44,527 bases of DNA from Bigelowiella natans CCMP2755 (lineage: Eukaryota > Protista > Cercozoa): NCBI GenBank assembly GCA_000320545.1, contig ADNK01001893.1:1-44527 (forward strand), in the 5' to 3' direction. How positions within the stretch are numbered: the first letter of the stretch is position 1; every line of letters begins with the position of its first letter. The translations under genes and the position numbers were made by a program. Below are positions 37,842 through 44,527 of this stretch, in pieces. The notes under the pieces were generated by a model that did not search any database, had not been told where the DNA came from, and worked only from the letters and a program-made list of their open reading frames with translations.

Positions 37842-40455
37842 TCAGCAGGAGGACTTCTTGTTGAGGAAGAGGATTAGATTAAACCGCTGGCCGCGACAGG
37901 GCGTGATCTTGTGCCGCATGTTTCCGGGGTGCACGATTCCCCTGCACACCTGGTGCTCGATCTCCACGATGTCCTCGAAGAGCACCGAGCCCCCCGTGAA
38001 GCGCTCCCCCAGACACATATTAATCGTGATCATGGAGTCGTCCTTGTGGGTGGGGAGGGACCGCTCCGACCCGGAGAAGCTCCAGCCATCCGCAGGGTCG
38101 CAGCTGTACCGGTAGTCTTCGAAGAGAGGCCGGTCCCCATCGTAAATCACCGAGCCTTCGATGTCATACCGCTCCTCCGCGCTCAGCCCCACGGTCGGAA
38201 TGATGCACTGCAACGCGAGCCTTGACACAGCGCCGTGTAGGCCGAGCCTCTTGAGCGAGATCTGGCCGAGCTTGAGCCTGCATGCCTTGGCGCAGCGCTT
38301 CGCTTCCCGGATGAGGAGGTCGCAGAGGGGCTTGTTAAGGAGGAAAAAGCCCTTGACCTCGCCAGACGATAGCTTGACTAAGCTCTGAGGCCGGGATATG
38401 TCGTTGGGAGAGACCGTGTTGATCATTCGCACCAGCTCGGGATTCGCAATGAATTTCTGCTCGTTGGGCTCGCAATCGACGAGGTTGAAGGTGTGGAAGG
38501 CTGCTGCTGCTGCTGCTGCTGCTGCTGAGGAGGAGGACCCAGAAGCGCTAGCGCCGTCAGTGGCCTGATTCTTTCTCTTCTTGTTGTTGAAGCTTAAATG
38601 ATTGTCATTGCCTGCAGCTGGATGTTGTTGCCTCGAAACGAGCTTGAGAACCTGCCGCGACATCCTGGTCATCGTGAGGGAGACCTCGTTCTCGATCGCA
38701 GCCATGGCATCCTTGAGGAACGGCTTCGTGTCATCGGAGAGCAGGTTGTGCTTCTGGGCGAGCTCCAGCAGCCAGCTGCGCGACGGGGTGGCCAGGTTGT
38801 TCCGCATCGACATCAGCGGCATGGGCTGCTGCTTTCCTCCGCGCTTGTGAGGAGTGGGCAGGGGCAGCAGTGGCCCTGTTGTACCTGCCGCACATTGTTG
38901 TGATTTGTGTGACGGCCGCTTCTTATGCTCATTATTATTCCCTGAGATTGGTCTTTGCATCGTCGCAAATGCTGTTAACTTGCCGGGGGTATCAGCAACA
39001 GCGTTATTCTTAATATTATTCGCGGTGGTGGTGGTGGTGGTGGCAGTGGGGGTGCTGCTAGAAACTTTGCCTTGTGATAACGATGGTGGTGGTGGTGGTG
39101 GTGGTGATGATGATATCGAGATCGCTGCTGGTGGCACGGCGAAGTCGATGTCCATCCCACCCACCCCTTCCGCACTACTAGTAGTTTCACTTGCTACTAT
39201 CCTGTCCGTGGTGGCAGCAGTGGCAGTAGAGCTATTCTTACGAAGTAGATGATCCAGGGCCCGTGCGGTAGCTAAGCTCCCATATTGAGGCAAGTTCAGG
39301 TGGTTCATAATTGCGCGGCAAATGTCTGATTTCACACCGTTGGGTGGACAACACAGCTGCCAGCCCTTTCCTTGCTTCTTTATTCCTAGCTTGGTTGCAA
39401 GTGCTCGGAGCTCATCGAGAGTCCCAGGGAGACATCTCTGCATCACGAACAATTGAGGGGGGGGGGGGGGGGATGGGGAAGGCGAGATACGGATGAGTGC
39501 TTATGATGGGATACGAGAGATAGTCAAAACTTACCGATTGGCTGTGATTCTGATTTCCGGGGGCATGCTCATGGGATGGAGGCCCTGTGGCGTTTCGATA
39601 CGCCCTCATCTCCTCCTCATACCGCACTTTATCTGCCTCCGCCTTCTCGGTGTACATCGTCTTATCACTTGGTGTTAGGGTTCTCCATTGCTGGGCTATG
39701 CGTCTATTGACCTCCGCGTTCAGTCTCTCTTTATCCCCCTTTTAAAAAAAGATTGGACGAATAAAATGTTACTAGAACCTTCGCTCTCGATAGAGCACTC
39801 TAGCTGGCAATAGTGGCGGTGAGGAACACGGATGCAAAATCCCAACTTACTACACAAGATAACTATCTGAATTTGGTGAGTAATTACCATAATCCCCTGA
39901 CCCTTGAGATCGTCCATGAATATGCTACGTGACATCAGATGGAAGTAGTTGTATCCAGTTCTAGGCTTCTTCGGTTTTCGAGGCTTTGCTACTCTCTGCC
40001 GTTTGACAGCAGGAGGTTTGGGGACGCAGATCGTCTGTATTATCCTCTCGTTTGCACCTGATTCATTCTGTGACGATTCACCAACTGTGAGGGGTGCAGC
40101 AGCGGGGGGAGCAGCTGCCTCAGTACATCCCAATCCCACAGCAGACTGAGAAGACGAGCAAGCGTCCTCATTTAACTCTAAAACATCTCTCGTGCATCCT
40201 TCAACGTTGAGAATCGAGTTTTCTCCTTTGAAATCGAGGAGGGATAGCCCTGCCTCGCTTGAGTCACTACGAATGTCGCAATTGTCCTTTGCTTGAGATG
40301 ATGCTACTGCTTCGGGTAGTAACAATGTAGTATTGTCATCGCTGCTGCCGTCCGATGTAGATGGAAGGGCGAACGGAAAATCAAAATCAAGGAAAGACTC
40401 CTGAAACAGAGGGGTAGTTTTTGCAAACATGGGTTTAGCACTTTGTCCATACCAT
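37842..40455 (-). CDS. HMG-box + SAP/HEH-like motif + OGFOD2/PLOD-like Fe(II)/2-oxoglutarate dioxygenase
   Basis: Exons: ATG 40455-40453 plus 40400-39888 (or an in-frame ATG at 40430), 39738-39535 and 39437-37842. HMG box: KPKKPRTGYNYFHLMSRS..|..LNAEVNRRIAQQWRTLTPSDKTMYTEKAEADKVRYEEEMRAY. SAP-like: TLDELRALATKLGI...GVKSDICRAIMNHL. Dioxygenase: LPTHKDDSMITINMCLGERFTGGSVLF...IVHPGNMRHKITPCRGQRFNLILF, with HxD at 38048-38040, distal His at 37913-37911 and the 2OG-binding Arg at 37886-37884. Confidence 0.9.
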
Positions 40456-42426
40456 GTAAGAAGCAAACGAATCAAGGGTCACACAATTTCTCTCATGAAA
40501 TCATATAACTTCAATTCTTAAATCGAAGTCTTGAAAAAAATACGCAGGACGAGTGCATGAAACCGACCCACGAGGAAGCGGTAGGTTCCTTGGTGAACTC
40601 CATTCGGCTTTGCATTCAATTATGTGTCACGTCGTTTTCAGATCATTTCATGATAGAGGTAAAACCTCGATTCCCTTTTATTTTCTTCTATTATTCCTTT
40701 TGTTCTTTGTCGTTTTTAGAATATACCATGTAATTTGCGAACGGGTTTTTTTTAATTGGCTGGAGAAACAGGGCTCGTTTAAAGGCTGAGAAATGTTTTC
40801 GTGATATTTGAAGCAAGAGCAGATTCCCTGGAACTTCTTGTCGTTACATATAAACACTCGGATAGTTCAACTTGGCGGCAACAAGGTGGTCCAGGCATTC
40901 TAGTTCGACCACCCCTCCTTACAAAAGAGAACCGCATGTGCTTCAACATCCATGGAATTGTGTTGGAGAAGAGACATATATTGCTTATAAACCTCACCAA
41001 TTTTGCTAATCTTATATTGCAACTTCGAAAGGTATGACTGAATTTATATTTACAACCGCACTTCGCAGTCCGAAAACCTTTTCACCATAAAATCTCTTGA
41101 ATCTCTCGAGAAACCAGGCAATTAAAGGCCGAATAAATAAAGTTTTATGTTCTCTCAGTATTTGTTTTCCGCGAGAGGTTCCTTGCAGCAACCGATAGTT
41201 TTGGGACATTAATGCACGTTTTTTGTTTACGACAGAAAGATTATTCCTGTTTAACTTTAATTGTATTCCATTTACAATCAGAGACTAATCAATCCAGATA
41301 TTTTTCAAGACTGTGCACGAAGAAAGGGCTTTTTCATAGTGAAGCAAGGGATAGTTTGCACATTCAATAATTTCTTCCAGATTGCGTCTCCGTACTTCGT
41401 ACCCCACCTTCAACGTGCCGCAGACCTCTAGAAGCATACCCCCTGCATAACATTCAAAATAGGGTCCTTTTCCTGTGAATGGTGACTTCTTTTTGGAATT
41501 AAATTAAAAGAAAAGGCGTTACAGTACTCAGTTATTGCAGCAAAAAACAGATTTTCAGATTAGATTAGGCTGTTCAGAATGCGTAGCAATCCCTTATTAT
41601 TCTTTGACATTGCTTCGTATTTAATTAATACCTTAAATAGAGGGGTATCTAAAGTAATTACATCATGGGTGCCGCTTTTAGCGGGGAGTCGGTGAGATGA
41701 TTAGATCTGGGAAAATTTGCAATTTCAGACATGAATTTTTTCAGGCGGGGACAGGATGTGCATTGTTTTGAAGAATTTGTTAGGTGACCTAATTGTTTTG
41801 AGTACGACAACAAATTGATACTCACATTAATGCACATGCAAAGATCACGGAGAAACTGTGAAAGGCGACTGCTAGTTTCCTAAGATTTAATCTTCGAAAA
41901 AAAGGGAATTTCATGAGAAAGACTTCAAGGCACATTTTTTATGGAGATATTTTCCCTAACAAATTGACACAACGTGTCTGAGTCTGAAACATTGACAGCA
42001 GTGGCGCGGTGGGGTTTCCATTTGGTGCTTCCAGTACAAGTGTGCGATTTCCATAGATTTTGACATCTTATATTTTTCATGCGGATCACATCGGATATTA
42101 CACAACGACAAGGGAGCATATGGCCAAAAACGGAAAAAAGATAACCAGAAGTTAATACTGGAAACACATGTAGCGATCTCAAATCAAAGATTCATCCTTT
42201 CTCGTTGTTCGAAATCGAACAAGAAACGGCGCAACATTACACACAGTATTTGTGTTCTTTTCTGTCGCATCTATATATTACAGGGCATTTGGCCGACATA
42301 CAACCTTCCCGTCCTTCGATTGTGCCCGAGGCAACCTTGGCGTCATAGTCTTAAAAAAAGTTTTTTGCCGCGAGTGGACCCCCCCTAACCACACCCTTCG
42401 AGAAGCATAAATCTGCCCTGGAACAC

Positions 42427-44023
42427 ATGCATCTGAGAACCAGAAGGACTTGCAATGCAGTACAGGTTTTCACCAACCTTACGGATACCTTTTAGGGCTA
42501 ATAGATACATGTTTTTAAGAGATGAGAAGTAGGGAGGGGGGGGGAAACGGAAGAATCTTCCAATATACGAAGAGTTCTCTGATGTCCACAATTTATTGTA
42601 TCGACAATCTTCTATCATTTAAATGATTTTGGTGGATCATTTGAAACTTAGGGTGCACTCGCCATCATGTCCATGATGGCGCTGGTGACATTGATGCTTG
42701 TGAGCCGGCCAGGTCTTCAGAAGCAACAACATCCCCCATTATCGAGAAGGCACTCTTCAGTTCGTCGTCTACGAGGTGGTCAACGAAGAGCATTACGACC
42801 TCTTCACAGCCTTAGAGTCGAGGAGCGCAGGTAGTAATTTCAGCAATCCCAACCTAAAATGATTTTCCAACAATCTACCCTCCTTTCTGTCGTAGCGAAA
42901 TTCCTTGGCATGCGATTATGTCTTCAATGCAGAAAATATCACGCTTACTACATTCGTGTGATCATAGGCGACTGGACACACTGGATGATGATGATCCTTA
43001 CAAGGTCCTGGGCGTTTCCTACGATACCAATCATTTAGAACTCAAATCAAGGTGCGTCAATATCATCGCGAGCTTTATTCATTTCCCCAAGATGTCTCTC
43101 ACGACGACAGGCAAACAATCCAATAAGTCGTTCTTCCGTTTTTATATGAAGCCACTATCTTCTGAACCTCGCTATTCCCCTGTAGATTTATTGAGCTGTC
43201 ACGAGCATTGCATCCGGACAAGGACTTGGGGGATCCAAACGCCAGCAAACGTTATCATCGAGTCTTCGAGGCCTACCAGCGTCTTAGAATCGACAATGAG
43301 GAACACGTTTCCCTGCGCAATGGAGGTCACGAAGACAGCATGTTGAGAGGGGGCGGACTTGGGCTGAGCAGGAAGAGGATGACAATGTCGGATCTGGAGG
43401 CGATTCTAGCGATGGATCACTTCAAACCCCTCATCGGCGACTCACCCGTAGGAGCTTTCATGGTAATTTTTTTCCCGGAAAGCATAGGGGAGGAGGTGGA
43501 ATAATAGAAGGAGCTCGAATCATAGAAGGAGCTCGAATCATCCATTCTTGCGTGCGTGGTGTGCGTGCCTCATTCGTCAATGCTCGTAACAGACACACAA
43601 GCAGGGCGGTCTCCTCTTTCGAAATCTGTTCGCTCCAAGCAAAAACTTTGTAATAATTACCTCAGCAGCCATCCAATAGCTAGCTTTGAAGAGTGAGGAA
43701 TGGATGTGCGTACTAGTGTTACTGCAGGGTGGTGTGAAAAGAAAGGGGTTAATTGTACTGTACCATGTCGTTTCTGTTAGGGATTGTTGTCATACACACA
43801 CACACACACACACACATATATATTTATATATTTATATTTATATTTATATTTATAAATTCATTTAGACTGACCGGGTCGCTCACGTCGCTAAAGGACTCCT
43901 CCGCACGATTCAAAATGTATTTATTATTATTATTATTAGCAGTATTAGCAGTAATATCATCAATAGTATCTTCAGGCTCGTTTTTTTTTTGGCAGAAGGA
44001 ATTGAAAGACACACGGGGGGGAG

Positions 44024-44070
<47 letters not shown>

Positions 44071-44527
44071 ATACGCTAATCACTCCTTCGTTGTGTTGTG
44101 TTGTGTTGTGTTGCCATGTGTTCTTTGGCCGGGGGGGTTATGCCGCATCTCGCTTCAAATCCCGTTTTCCTTCGGGGCCCCCAGGGAGCAGGGAAGGGAG
44201 AGATCGAATTGGACCGGTAGTTCACCTCAAAGCAAAATGATGATGGAAAACAAAGAATTAAGACAACATTTTTTATTACATTTGATTTGATATACTATGA
44301 GGCGGGGATCCTTGGAACATACAGCATATAATTAATCACGTTTGGTGGAAAAATGAACATGAGCACTTGCAGCGCGATAGCGTTGGTCGTGAGCATTTTC
44401 AAGGGACTGAGGCAAGTGACGAAGTTGATGAAGAGGGGGAGGATGGAATCTTACCTGGTTATCTCTATTTCCGATGTTGCTTTTCTATTTGTGTGCGCGT
44501 GATTGCATTTTTTGCTTACCTTTACTC
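42427..44527 (+). CDS. J-domain (DnaJ/Hsp40) co-chaperone with a bipartite-looking leader, probably DnaJ-X (Djp1/Caj1) type; 3' end beyond the window
   Basis: Exons ...-42830, 42968-43051 and 43186-43462 give DPYKVLGVSYDTNHLELKSR|FIELSRALHPDKDLGDPNASKRYHRVFEAYQRL with an intact HPD. Downstream FKPLIGD and DRVAHVAKGLLRTI resemble the linker preceding DnaJ-X domains. The start is 42427 (spliced) or 42667. Confidence 0.8.
43504..43539 (+). repeat. 18-bp perfect tandem duplication (ATAGAAGGAGCTCGAATC x2), intronic
   Basis: Directly visible. Confidence 0.9.

Noticed and set aside
37777-39252. Several plus-strand ORFs (37777-38115, 37911-38225, 38598-38903, 38854-39252)
   Set aside because: They are antisense shadows of the GC-rich dioxygenase exon.

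Overview
Nuclear DNA from an intron-rich, microsatellite-saturated eukaryote, probably a protist or alga. A chlorarachniophyte-like lineage is only a guess, based on gene structure and a leader carrying an RLRGG motif. Most entries in the ORF track are simple-repeat artefacts. Manual phase-consistent splicing recovers about 10 protein-coding loci that alternate strand without exception: (-) 5-formyl-THF cyclo-ligase (MTHFS, runs off the left edge, uses a GC-AG intron and 19-49 nt exons); (+) TOM1/THH1/GPR137-like 7TM protein; (-) stand-alone response-regulator receiver protein; (+) RVxF and Gly-zipper tail protein; (-) large low-complexity unknown; (+) Cys-rich membrane-segment protein; (-) ~11 kb helical unknown; (+) secretory JMJD8-like JmjC-ankyrin-EF-hand-KEDL protein; (-) HMG-box + SAP/HEH-like + OGFOD2-like Fe(II)/2OG dioxygenase; (+) J-domain protein (runs off the right edge). 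The best leads are the DNA-binding-domain/dioxygenase fusion, the ER-type JmjC fusion with an altered metal ligand, and the palindrome-rich tail-to-tail intergenic regions. All gene models were read by eye and no searches were run.
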